Source of the DNA: Paraspadella gotoi
Taxonomy: Eukaryota; Animalia; Chaetognatha
NCBI GenBank assembly: GCA_051294375.1
Contig: CM119264.1
Span: 22,076,709-22,140,708, forward strand
Direction: 5' to 3'
DNA: 64,000 nt
Shown here: piece after piece, positions 1-13,035 of the stretch
How the letters are laid out: each line of letters starts with the position of its first letter
How positions within the stretch are numbered: position 1 is the stretch's first letter
Program-made: the position numbers and the translations under genes
Notes under the pieces: model-generated
Database searches by the model: none
What the model saw: the letters and a program-made list of their open reading frames with translations, nothing else
What the model was told of the DNA's origin: nothing

Positions 1-414
1 TGGCGATGGCAGTGGCGATGGCAGTGGAAATGGCAGTGAAAATGGCAGTGACGATGGCAGTGGCGATGGCAGTGGCAATGGCAGTGGCGATNNNNNNNNN
101 NNNNNNNNNNNNNNNNNNNNNNNNNNNNNNNNNNNNNNNNNNNNNNNNNNNNNNNNNNNNNNNNNNNNNNNNNNNNNNNNNNNNNNNNNNNNNNNNNNNN
201 NNNNNNNNNNNNNNNNNNNNNNNNNNNNNNNNNNNNNNNNNNNNNNNNNNNNNNNNNNNNNNNNNNNNNNNNNNNNNNNNNNNNNNNNNNNNNNNNNNNN
301 NNNNNNNNNNNNNNNNNNNNNNNNNNNNNNNNNNNNNNNNNNNNNNNNNNNNNNNNNNNNNNNNNNNNNNNNNNNNTGTGGCGATGGCAGTGGCGATGGC
401 GATGGCAGTGGCGA
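1..414. repeat. 12-bp minisatellite (TGGCAGTGGCGA)n interrupted by an N gap
   Basis: The unit is visible at 1-91 and 378-414. The MAVAMAVA ORF is only its translation. A degenerate reverse-complement relative lies at about 24363-24657. Confidence 0.9.
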
Positions 415-599
415 TTCTCATAGTCGTGGATGCGATTTTCAAGGGCGGGTCTAATAAGCCGAGGTCAACGACGCCCGGGATGTTTCCTGTCCGAACCTCA
501 TAAAAGGCCTGAAGGAGAGAAGTTAGGGTCCATGGATTAAAAATAGAATTGGTCGTATCGTCGTTGGAGTGAGAGAAATGGAAGAGGTGTGGTTGCGAA

Positions 600-609
600 A
601 GAGAGAGAG

Positions 610-656
<47 letters not shown>

Positions 657-870
657 GGAGAGAAGAGAGAGAGAGAGAGAGAGAAGTAGAAGAATGAGAG
701 TAGAGGAGAGAGAGAGAGAGAGAGAGGAAAGAGAGAGAGAGGAGAGAGAGAGACGAAGAGCAGGAGAGAGAAGAGAGGAAGAGAGAGCGGAGAGAGAGAG
801 GAGAGCAGAACTAGGGAGAATGCAGAGGAGAGGGAGCAGAGAGATAAGAAGAGAGACGAGATCGTAGAGA

Positions 871-901
<31 letters not shown>

Positions 902-1000
902 CAGACGAAGCGAGAGAGAATTTAAGAGAATGAGATGAGAGGGAGAGAGAAGAGAGAGAGAGAGAGAGAATGAGAGAGAGAGAGAGAGAGAGAGAGAGTT
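600..1000. repeat. Degenerate (AG)n microsatellite, representative of dozens of AG/CT tracts in the window
   Basis: Directly visible. Other large tracts are at 7518-7850, 19597-19722, 25720-26030 and 30905-31110. Confidence 0.95.
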
Positions 1001-1252
1001 AAGAAAAATGAGGGGAAAAAAGTAAAAGAGTGAAATTCAAAAACTTCAACCAACGCTAAAGAAAGAGAGGAAAAGAAGTAAGAAGGAAGAAGAAAGAAAA
1101 AAGATAATAAGGAAAAGAGAAGAAAACCTCTGCCGACGAGGTTTTTTTTTCTGAGGTCTAATGACCCCCTCGCTCGCCCGCTCGCCGCAGCGGCCTCACG
1201 TCGCGCCTAATGCTTTTTTTGTGCTTTTTTTGCCCTGTAGCTTTAAGAGATA

Positions 1253-1308
<56 letters not shown>

Positions 1309-2507
1309 AAATTGAATTAAAGATTTAAGTTTCTCTTTCAAACGTTTATTTTAATCCCCTTTTGACTTTATTGGTTTGCAGTTTTTAAACCCGTTACATG
1401 TTATGTAGGTTTTTATTTCTTGAAAATTGCGGAAGAATTAGGTTTAAATTGTACAAATTCTTTAAAAATATTTTTTAATCTTAACAAAACAACCATCAAT
1501 GCTGAATGTATTACGCGATTAGAAAATAAAGAAAAAAGATGAAAAAAAGAAAAAAAAAAGAAAAGTAAAAATAAAAATTAAAACGAAAAATGGAAGCGAA
1601 GAAAAGAAAAGAAAAGAAGAAGAAAAAAAAAAGAAAATCGAGAAGGGGGGAAAAATGGGATGAATTATACGTGGAAGGAGCTTGTAAATTACAAGTTTTC
1701 CTCTGTCCCCTGAAAGATGCGACGATATTTCATTTCAATTCCCTCCAATAAAGCTCCTTGGCTCTTTGGAGGCCGGGAGTTGGGGTTTTAAGGAAAAAGA
1801 GATCGGTTCGCGTCAGGATGAGGCAAGGGGGACCGGGGCTTTTCGAGAAGTGGTTAAAAGGCGAATGTTCGGAATGCTAAAGTTGATGACCCGGTGGGGA
1901 AAGGGAGCGTGGGGGTTGAAATCCTGCCGAGTGGAAATTAATGCCGATGTCATCTGAACAAGTTTTTCTCTATTTCTCTTTTCTTTTATTTAATGTTAAT
2001 CTTAATATTTATAAAAAAAAACCTTTGCGAATGTAACGAGAATCCGTTGTAATAAAATCTCATTAAAAAAAAACCACATTCGTCAGTTTAAGTAATTCAT
2101 AAGTATTTCCTTCCCTTCTCAACGATTTTTAACGAATGTTTTATCTCTCATTCGTTTTTCGAAGATGAATCTTAAGTTATTCGCTTCCGTGAACGACGGG
2201 AATAAAAATGGCTTTCGATCTACAAATTTTAAAGATTAAAATATTTAACGCCCCCGATAGTTTAGAGAAACGTCGGGATCGTCNNNNNNNNNNTCGTGTT
2301 CGGCATCGTCGCCGTCCAACTCATATTCACTTCCGGTTGTGACCCGAACTCATATTTTTCTTTTTTATGAGTCAACGACGACGACGAAGACTACGAAGAC
2401 AAGAACGATGACAGCGACGATGACGATGACGACGACGACGACGATGATGGCGGCAAGAACGATATGTATATATTATTATCTTGAGTATTATATATCACGT
2501 AACAGAG

Positions 2508-2595
2508 ACGATAATAGATAAGTCTGAATCCAATAGTAAAAGAGACGTTACGTAACGTCTCTTTTAATATTGGATTCAGACTTATCTATTATCGT
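2508..2595. repeat. 88-bp near-perfect loopless palindrome
   Basis: ACGATAATAGATAAGTCTGAATCCAATAGTAAAAGAGACGTTAC|GTAACGTCTCTTTTAATATTGGATTCAGACTTATCTATTATCGT, centred at 2551/2552 with one mismatch (2536/2567). Confidence 0.95.
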
Positions 2596-3077
2596 GACTT
2601 ACGTAAATATGACGAGGGTCCTCATAACAACGTCAATACTAAAAAAAGAAAACATTACTGCGTAAAACTACGACGACGATGACGACAACTTTTACGACGA
2701 TGACGACGACAGAGACGACGACGAACGATGCGACGACGACAGCGACGAGTTGTAATAAAAAGTGAAAACTGAGAAATGGCGGAAAGATTTTCTGCGGCTT
2801 TGAAATATAACTGAAGCAGAGTTTTTCTCTTTTATCAAGTCACAGCGCGAGCTGAGGAAATAAGTCATAACGAGAGGAGAGGGAGAAGGAAAGAAATAAT
2901 GATAATTTACGGTAATTAAAGAAAATAAGTGTACCTTAATAAATAAATAAATAAAAAGAGAGCGAGACGACGAGAGGAGACCGGATAGAATCTAACTCCC
3001 CAATATATTAAGAGAAATTTGATGGTGCCCTGTCCATAGGACCCCCTTATAGTACTCAAGTAGATAGAGAATGAAAG

Positions 3078-4659
3078 TAGTATATAAATCAATCAATCAT
3101 TATATTCATCTTATGATAACTACTTTTATATTTTCTCTTTAATACTGTAGTTTATAATCGGTCGTCTTTTTTCTATTTATCTCGAAAAAAATCTTTAAGA
3201 GAGATGAAGAAACAAAAAAAAGCAGGAGAAGAAGGAACCAAAATTGACCAAATCCTTTCCAAACTATTGAAAAGCTTCAAGAGACCGTAAAGCTAAAAAA
3301 CCGCTTTTTTGCAGCACCGAAACAAGTGACTTTGCCGCCGCGCCTCTTATCTTACAATTTTTGGCTGCCTCGTTGAAAGTGAGGGAGAGAGAGAGCAGAG
3401 AGAGAGAGAGACCGAGAGAGAGACCGCAGAGAGATCGAGAGAAGAGAGAGACCCGACAGAGAGAGAGAGAACGCGAGAGAGAGAGAGAGATAAAATATTT
3501 TCCTTCAAATTCGACCTCCACGATAAATTTCTCGCAATTCTCGGTTCTCCAGGATCTTTTTCCAGTCTTCCCTCTCTCTCTCTCTTCTTTTTCTTCATTC
3601 TTTTCTCCTTTTACTTTCTGTCTATCCTTTTTATTTTATTCTTAGTTCGTTTTCTTCTGCTTTTCAAGACTCCGCATTAGGTTTTTATTCCGGGCGATGG
3701 TTCGATGCGGACCAAATAAAGTAAATCCTTTTTTTTTTTCAAAGAAAATGAAAGAAACCGGTGGCTGGTCCTCTTTTTGAAAAGTGACACTTTTGAGCGC
3801 CCGAGCGGAGAAAATGACCCTGAAAGAGAGAGAGAGAGCAGAGACCGAGAGACCGAGAGGACCACGAGAGCAGAGAGAGAGACCCGTGAGAGAGAGAGGA
3901 AGATGCCGATGAGAGAGAGAGAGATAAAGAGGAGAGAGAGAAAATGAGAGAGAGTTATAAACTACATTAGTTTATATTTGACTGTNNNNNNNNNNNNNNN
4001 NNNNNNNNNNAAAAAAAAGGATTTACTTTATTTTCCCAATCGAACCATAGCCCGGAATAAAACCTATGCGTGAGTCTTTGAAAAGAAAGAAACGAACTAA
4101 GANNNNNNNNNNNNNNNNNNNNNNNNNNNNNNNNNNNNNNNNNNNNNNNNNNNNNNNNNNNNNNNNNNNNNNNNNNNNNNNNNNNNNNNNNNNNNNNNNN
4201 NNNNNNNNNNNNNNNNNNNNNNNNNNNNNNNNNNNNNNNNNNNNNNNNNNNNNNNNNNNNNNNNNNNNNNNNNNNNNNNNNNNNNNNNNNNNNNNNNNNN
4301 NNNNNNNNNNNNNNNNNNNNNNNNNNNNNNNNNNNNNNNNNNNNNNNNNNNNNNNNNNNNNNNNNNNNNNNNNNNNNNNNNNNNNNCTTTCAACGAGCAG
4401 CAAAATGTAAGATAAGAGCGCGGCAAGTCACTTGTTCGGTGCTGCAAAAAAGCGCTTTTACTTTACGGTCTCTTGAAGCTTTCAATATTTGGAAAGGATT
4501 TTCAATTTTGGGTTCCTTTTTCTCTTTTCTTTTCTTTCTTCATCTCTCTTAAGATTTTTTTCGAAGATAAATAAAAAAAACCGATTATAACTACATTATT
4601 AAAGAGAAAATAAAAGAGTTATCATAAATGAAATAATGATTTGATTGATTTTATATACT
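3078..4659. repeat. Large inverted duplication (fold-back), probably a read or assembly artefact
   Basis: About 3078-3380 is the reverse complement of 4387-4659, and about 3640-3740 of 4011-4102. The arms differ by scattered 1-bp indels and are broken by N gaps. Confidence 0.85.
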
Positions 4660-5894
4660 NNNNNNNNNNNNNNNNNNNNNNNNNNNNNNNNNNNNNNNNN
4701 NNNNNNNNNNNNNNNNNNNNNNNNNNNNNNNNNNNNNNNNNNNNNNNNNNNNNNNNNNNNNNNNNNNNNNNNNNNNNNNNNNNNNNNNNNNNNNNNNNNN
4801 NNNNNNNNNNNNNNNNNNNNNNNNNNNNNNNNNNNNNNNNNNNNNNNNNNNNNNNNNNNNNNNNNNNNNNNNNNNNNNNNNNNNNNNNNNNNNNNNNNNN
4901 NNNNNNNNNNNNNNNNNNNNNNNNNNNNNNNNNNNNNNNNNNNNNNNNTCTATTCCTCTGTCTCTAACGTTTTTCCATCTACTGTTCAATTGTTCCCTAG
5001 TTCTTTTTTTTTGCTCCAGGGGCGGCGTCGGCAGCGGCAGCGTTTTACGGCGCTGAAGCCGCGGACGCCGCCTTCTGCTTCACCTGCGTGTGACGTAAAA
5101 AAGAAAAACGTGATGACCTCCGGCGTTTTCGCGGGAACGAAGAAAATAGGGTAGTGGGTGGTTGAATTTCGGAGATGCGTGATGGTGGTAGGAAATAGAA
5201 GCAATGTAAAGTAATAACTGGGCTTAAAAAAAATATAATGATTATTATCAATTGAACCTGGACGGGAAACAGTGAAGTCGTACAACGAAGGTCGAGATGC
5301 TTGCCTGTGATCTGGCGGGATTGTTCGGATACGGATGGGTATGAGGTTGGGGTAAGAATGGGCGATGGATGGGCACATTGGGCGTAGAATGGCGGGAAGT
5401 AAGAAGTCGTGAATGGGGACGGAATTGGAGAATCGAGGATTCCAAGGCTCTAACTCTGTCTCAAGGAGAACAGAGGGAATCAAGATCTCGAGAAGAAAAC
5501 TTCTAAGAGGAAAGATGAGGAAAAGATGGTTGGTTTTCATTGCCGTCAGCGATGGGATGCTTTTCTCCGTTCCATTTTGAGGTCTGCATTCGTGGAAATC
5601 AAGCCTCATTTTCCCGTCGGCGTTGACTTTTGTCTTAATTCCGTTTCGCTTTTTTTTTTCTCCGACGCCACACTCAAACGCCCAGGGCGCCATTTCAGCC
5701 ACTGCGCATGCGGTTTTCGCAGCATTCCCGTCCCCGCCACTCCTCCACCGCCTTTTTCACCGCCGTTCCCGCCACCTTCCCCCCTGCTGCCTTCCCCGCC
5801 GTCTTCTCCGCCACTTCCTCCGACCCGCCTCCTTCTCAACAAAGCCAAGGTTTTCACGAGGAAACCTTCGACCCATTTACTGTCGGAGTTTTCC

Positions 5895-6595
5895 TTCTTA
5901 TCTCTTTTCCGCTTTTACCTGTTTTATTACGTTTATCCGTCCAGAAATCCCGTTGCCTCTCCGCGTCAAACTCTCGTACATTGCGCCACGACGTCGGATA
6001 TCCATTCTGGCCTTCTTTTCCGAAAGCGACTCGATTACTATTTTTTTTTTCAAATTAAGTTTATTTTTAGGTTTTAAAAATTAGGTTAGGTGTAATTGTT
6101 AAGGATAAAGATTAGAATGGGGATCAGTGTTTCGGGTTAAGGATTAGGGANNNNNNNNNNNNNNNNNNNNNNNNNGGTGAGCTGATTTCAGCACCGCCGA
6201 AGAGCTTCGAGATGGAAGGTGACTAGCTGATACGCTGATCGACTCCGTCGATCTCATTAATGCTCTCGACTGTTTTAGCGCAACCGGGACGCGCTCTTTA
6301 CCCCTCTGTTATTACTGTTTATTTATCCGATCCAGCAGTAGAAATTCCCGTTGCCTACTCCGCCGTCCAAAAGCTCATCGTACATTTCATCTGCACGCCA
6401 CATCGATTCGGATATCCATCTTTGAGCCTTTCTTTCGCGAAACCGCGGACCTCAGAATTTACTATTTTTTTTTTTCAACAATTAAGTTGTTTTTTTAGGT
6501 CTTTTAAAAAAGTTTTAGGTATAGTTTTGTGTTAAATTGTGATCTTTAAGGATAAAATTAGATGGGGATCAGTGTTTCGGCGCGTTAAGGATTGG
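5895..6595. repeat. Direct duplication of about 250-300 bp (about 5895-6150 vs about 6295-6595)
   Basis: Both copies share AGAAATCCCGTTGCCT...GGATATCCAT...GGGGATCAGTGTTTCG. The second copy is insertion-rich and follows an N gap. Confidence 0.8.
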
Positions 6596-7584
6596 ATTTG
6601 GCGAATTGGATTAGGGTTAATGGATTTCGGTTTTGGATTAGATTAAAGTATTTAGAAAAAAGATTAAGTTTAAAGATTTTAAGTTCAAAATAGATTCATT
6701 GACGATAAAGGAAATGCAAATTAGGCGCTCTTAAGGAAAATTTAGTGCCATAGTTTTAATGTCATATGAAACTTTAATCATCCATATTTGGGATACCATA
6801 CCTAACTACCAGATGCAAAAAAATCCAGGCAGAATCTTATCTCGATCGTCGTTATTTTCTGCTCAATTTCGATTTAATGAAATGACGTCGGAAGGGTCAA
6901 TCCAAGGTCATCGAACTGATCGAGTGAAATAATTCGTTTTCAAAGAGACGGATGTATTTTAAGAAAGTATTCATTTCCCGATTCTAAACGTCCACTATTT
7001 TTTAAGCTGCTGGAATTCAAAGAGAATCTGTTATGATTTTTGACACGAAGATTATAACAACAGGGCCAACAACAGTGTCTTGAGGAAGAACCAAAACTTT
7101 TTCCGTGGGCGTACAACCAATAATTGTTTTTTCCCCACCCGAATATTTCTTTTCTTTCCGAGGGTTTTCGCTCGGTTGCTTGGCAACGGCAGAACGTCGG
7201 AATGGATGGACGCGGTGTGTCTGGACTTTTCTACATACAGTACGGGACGAGAGTGGCGTACTGTGTATGTAAAAATGTACGGAGAGAGACGGAAAAAAAG
7301 AATTTACTGTCGTCAAGCAAATTATATAATTTCAGTTGATTGGTTTAATTTATTTCCTAATTTATTCCTTAATTTTTTTTTCGCGAATTAATTTCATCTT
7401 TATCTCTCTGTTTGTGTTTATGAAATGAAAACATTTCGTGAGACGAGGACTCGTTTTTCTTCCCCTCACGCTCGCGCCACGAAACACGTTTCAAGAACCC
7501 ACGCAGATCAACAAAAGTCTCTCTCTCTTCTCTCCTCTCTCCTCTCTCTCTTCTCTCTCTCTTCTTCTCTTCTCTCTTCTCTCT

Positions 7585-7655
<71 letters not shown>

Positions 7656-7785
7656 CTCTCTCTCTCTCCTCTTCTCTCTCTCTTCCTCTTCTCTTCTCTC
7701 TACTCTCTCTCATCTCTCGTCTTCTACTCTCTCTCTCTCGTCCTCGTCTCTCCTCTCGATATCTCCTCTTCTCTCATTATCTCTG

Positions 7786-7823
<38 letters not shown>

Positions 7824-7919
7824 TCTCTCTTATCTCTCATATCTCTCTCTTTTTTCTTTTTCTTTTTTTTTCTTTCATGATCCTATATGTGGTCTTCTTT
7901 TTTTTCTTCGTTTCTCGTT

Positions 7920-7986
<67 letters not shown>

Positions 7987-10194
7987 GTCTCTTCTTTTAT
8001 CTGTCTCTCTTTCACTTCCATCTGTTCTTGCACCCAAGAACTGCGATTTATACATAAACAAACATTAAGAAGCAGACAACGCTTGGCTCGTGATCCAATA
8101 ATGACACCGGGTAGAATAACCAAGTGGCCATTTTGACCTCCATCAACCGAAGCCAATCTAATTGGCCATCAGACTGGAAGAGGAGGGGGCCGAAAGAGAA
8201 GGAAGTGGGGGCGGATCGAATTACTTAAATAAAGAAAGGCAGATAGATATAGAGAAAGAAACTAGAAACAAAGCAAATTTGGAATAAGGAAAAACAAAGA
8301 AAGATAGTGAGAAAGAAAGAGAAAAAAGAAAAAAAGAAAAGAAGAAAATAATAAAAAAATGAAAATAAATACCGAAAAGGAATAAAAAACATGTACAGTA
8401 CGTAAAAAATAGAAAACAAAAGTAAAGGAGAAAAAAAAAATTAAAGAAAAAATGTAAGAAAGAAATAAAGAAAAAATAAAGGGATAAAAGAAAGAGTGAA
8501 AGAGAAAAAGAGGAAAAAAAGAAGTGAAAAAATATAAACAAAGAGACGCTAAAAGGTGTCGTAAGCGAAGTTGGGAGAAGTAATAATGGAACTGGCAAAG
8601 GAGGCATCTGCCATCTGGTCTGAGTGCATCACGTATGGCGACGACGTTGGTTTCGAACCAAAGATTTATGTGCGGAACCAGTAGAGTTTTTTTCTTTTAC
8701 TTCGCAAAAGCGACAATTTTTTGTGGTGAATCCATTTGCATTTGAAAATTTATTTTTTTTTTGGTGTGTTTGAAAAATCATTTTCAAGCAAAAAGAATTT
8801 GTTTTCAAATCGAAGCGCGAAATTTTTTTTTTTCCAAATGGTTTTACTGAGTAAGCCGAAAAAAATTGTTGTACGAAAAAGACAAAACCGTTAAAGTGAG
8901 TTTATTGTGACATCTGTTGCAATCCATTGTTCCGTACTGCCACAAGTGGTGTTTGTTTGTACAGAGAGAGTGGAGTAACCGTTGAGTAAAATGGCGTAAT
9001 GCTAGCTTTTCACGAATTTGATAACGACGACGACGACGACGACGACGACATTAAGGCTAAGATGTCGTAAGATGCCTCGTAAACAAAAGTCTAAACCAGA
9101 GGAATCAAATTATCGATAAAAACTCAGTCGAAACTGCGACACTATTCCCTCATTCTTGGAGGGCCACAAACAAACAATTGCAAAAAGAGGGACGCCCCAG
9201 TGTTTCCGCCGCCGCCGCCGCCGCCGCCTCCGCCAGCCGCCAGCCGCCACCGCCGCCTCCTCGACAGAATCGGCCGCCAGCTCCCCCGCTCTCCTTTTCA
9301 TGCGGCAAGGAGACCATTCCATGACCGTGGACGTTGATTATCGGCACAAGCAACGTTTTTATCGGTTTTCCGATACGAAGAAACTTAAAAACTTCAAAGG
9401 GGCATCGCGGCATCGATGACGGCGCTATTTAAAAACGTCAAGGATTCGAGAAAGAAAAAGATTTTATCGAGTATTCATTTGATGGATTTTATTTGATTCG
9501 TCGGCCCCAGCGCGAGATATATCTGGCCGTCAAATTCGTGGACAGCAAAGGGCGAGACGTTTCTTTAAACAAAAGACTAAGGGAATATCGACTACATTTA
9601 GAGTTTTCTTCCTCGCTGACTATAAAAATGAATGCCACATTAAGCAGTTGAGGATGAAATTTTTAGTAAAAAAAATCGAGATCAAGTGAAAAATGAACTC
9701 AAGTTCATTTCAGTAATAACATTGAGGGAATGCGCGCAGGAATTACAATGACTTTTAAATGAATCAATCAAATCAAAGAATTCAAAAAAGGAATGAAATT
9801 TTAGGCCGGTAATAATATTTACATTTTTGCAATTCAAGAGAAATTTCAGGTTCGATCTTCACTAAGCCAATTCGATTCCATTCGCTTTTCTGATTTCGAT
9901 AAATAGATTCATCTCATTTTTTTTTTCGGCCGTTTTTATTTCGACAACCGCAACGATTTGAAACATATACTATTGGACGAGTCATTCTGTAATTCCTTAA
10001 TTCCTCCTCTGTATAGCAAAGGAATCAAAAAGGATCAAATAAATTATTGATGAAACCAACTTTCGTCGTCGGTAGTTAGGCCTTCACTTCACATCGACAA
10101 TGAATTCGAAAGAGAAGAGTCCGAGGTGATACACGATTCCATTGGCCCGTTCATGGGCTCGTTGAATTAGCTCTCGGTTATGAGGATTGAGATT

Positions 10195-10246
<52 letters not shown>

Positions 10247-13000
10247 TTCTAACGAAGTAAGTTTTGCTTTCGTACTTCACTATTTAACCTCTCCGACGTT
10301 TTGTCTAAACCCAGAGAGAGAGAGAGGAGAGAGACGAGGAGAGAGAAGAGAGAGAGAGAGAGAGAGGCGAGAGAGAGAAGAGAGAGAGAGAGAGCGCTCT
10401 TTCCGCGCGTTTAATGAGTAGAATTCTCTTTGCGGACCATTTCCAATAATTAGCTCAGAGGCTTTTCTCGCCTGCGGAGCCTCGTCTCTCTCGGAATCCC
10501 TTCAACCCACCAGCGTCTCTAATCAATCCAGAATATCTTAACACCCCCTCCTCCTCCTCCTCTTCCTCCTCCACCCTCCTTGAAAGGCCCTATCGCTTTC
10601 ACCCTAAAACACAGTGAAGCTTTGATTGCTGTCCAAGACGAAGCGGTTTCATCATGACATCCTTCAGTTCTCTCACTTTTGCTTGCTGTGGTGCTCAGTT
10701 GAAAACGGGGAGAGAGTGAGGTAAACTGACATACGACGTTATTCTGAACTCATCCAACCGTGGAGAGAGAGAGAAGAGAGAGAGATGAAAGAAGATGAGA
10801 GAAGACAGAGAGATGAAAGAGACGAGGAGAGAAGAAGAGAAAGTAGGAAAAATGAATTAGCAAATCTGTTTTAATTAAAGATTATTTTTAGCAAATCGTA
10901 TTTAAATATTATTTTATGAGTTATATCTCTTATCTAATGTCCATTGTTAATCAGTTGGTGAAACATTCGCGTCTCTCAGATAGGAATGAAAAAGTGAATA
11001 AGTAACAACTGTGGTGATATTAACCCAATCTTAATCGTGAAGAGTTGAATCTGACCGGTAAAACGTTGGGAGAATTACCAACGATGGTGGGGAATGGGAA
11101 CGTTATTGAAAGTNNNNNNNNNNNNNNNNNNNNNNNNNNNNNNNNNNNNNNNNNNNNNNNNNNNNNNNNNNNNNNNNNNNNNNNNNNNNNNNNNNNNNNN
11201 NNNNNNNNCCCTCAAAAGTCCCCACAGCCGATGCTGCCCCCTGGGGCTCGAAGCGGCTCCGGATTTCTCGCACCCCAAACTGAAAGGGGAAAAAAGCCTT
11301 CCCCTTTGAAAAGGGCTCGTTTGTCCGTCGTCGCGCCTTTCAATGTTTTTTCCATCAAACTCCTTTGTTATTACGCGTTGGGTAATAAAACACTCCATTT
11401 CGCCACGATCCCCTCTCTCTCTCCTCTCTCTCTCTCCCTCTCTCTCTCTCCCTCTCTCTCTTCTTCTTCTCTCTCTCTGGCTCTCTCTCCTTCACAGCTC
11501 ATATTCGGTCATTCGCTTTTTTTATTCTCCCATCGATTCATCGGGTTTTTAATGTCGCCTTTTTTCTATCTCATCTTCTTTCTCGACGACGACGACGACA
11601 ACTAAGACGACAACGATTTAAACGAAAACGACGATTCAGTCTCTTGGGATGACAACGATAATAGACATAATAAGAATAATTGAGACGACAATGACATTTG
11701 AGATGACAATACAGTTGAGACGTCAACGACGATAATTGAGACGACAACCACAATGTCAATTAAGACAACAATGATATTAACAACGACAACGACAATTGAC
11801 AGCGACAATGGAGACGACAACGACGACGACAAAACCTCGACAATATTGTCAGCATCGTGACGGCGAATACTTAAACAAGATGCCGTGATCAATAAATCGA
11901 ACTCTGATGCCGAACCAAACTGACCACCGAATTTCCATACCACCCCCCCCCNNNNNNNNNNNNNNNNNNNNNNNNNNNNNNNNNNNNNNNNNNNNNNNNN
12001 NNNNNNNNNNNNNNNNNNNNNNNNNNNNNNNNNNNNNNNNNNNNNNNNNNNNNNNNNNNNNNNNNNNNNNNNNNNNNNNNNNNNNNNNNNNNNNNNNNNN
12101 NNNNNNNNNNNNNNNNNNNNNNNNNNNNNNNNNNGCTGCCGCCGCTGCTCCATTCCATCTAAAGGTCCTACGAGCGAGAGAGAAAATTATCCCAGATCCT
12201 GGGATCAGACGACGATAAAAAACACAACAAAGTCAACTGGGCCGACGACGACGACAAAGACGACGACGACAACAACAACAACACAACAACAACAACAACC
12301 GCCCGCAATTGCTCAGAGTGGACGTTGGCCGAGCGACAGTCGCGAGATTAAACCTCCGCATTTTTTCTCTTTTATTTTCGCAGTATTTCTATTTGTTTTA
12401 TTGTGTTTTTTTTATGTTGTCGTTGTCGTTGGCGCGGGAGAGTAGCAGCTGCCCGATTCACTTAATCGTCATCACGGATTGAAAGTGAAGAGTGTGAGAC
12501 GTGAGTGGGGGGGGGAGAGTGAGCGTAATGAGGGTGAAGACAGGGAGGGAGATGGAAACACATTATCGGATATTCTGAAATATACGAAAAGTTATAAAAA
12601 GGGCAAAAGAAAAGAAAATAACAATAATTTAAGAGATAAAAGGAAATGTTTTTATTGTCCAGAACGTTCTCAGTATCCATGACAACTGATGAGAAAGCGA
12701 TGGTAAAAATCCATAGTAACATCGAGAAAGACAAAAAGTCTTACTTCGAACGAAGGAGTTATTTGTTGCCTCCGCATCTCAATAAAAATGCCTGACTAAC
12801 ACTAAAACACAGACCTAATTAGAGAGAACGAGAGGAAGGAAGGAGAGAGAGAGAGAGANNNNNNNNNNNNNNNNNNNNNNNNNNNNNNNNNNNNNNNNNN
12901 NNNNNNNNNNNNNNNNNNNNNNNNNNNNNNNNNNNNNNNNNNNNNNNNNNNNNNNNNNNNNNNNNNNNNNNNNNNNNNNNNNNNNNNNNNNNNNNNNNNN

Positions 13001-13035
<35 letters not shown>

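Noticed and set aside
450-508. Minus-strand PFMRFG peptide after a ttcag acceptor, suggesting an FMRFamide precursor
   Set aside because: It is a single copy, Gly is followed by Gln and not a basic cleavage site, and the frame stops shortly after. Another frame is open, so an exon is possible but unidentifiable.
4986-6084. Several long overlapping ORFs (up to 238 aa)
   Set aside because: Frames are open on both strands because of compositional bias. No domain or consistent splice structure was recognised.
7160-7272. GCLATAERR...RCVWTFL as the missing N-terminal half of the GFR-like domain
   Set aside because: Expected cysteines are missing, and no matching phase-1 donor could be established.
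7369-8607. Long SLSL/ERER/FFLS ORFs here and throughout the window
   Set aside because: They are translations of di- and tetranucleotide microsatellites.
12686-12740. CTGATGA...GAAA as a hammerhead ribozyme core
   Set aside because: No stem II or flanking stems can be formed around the core.
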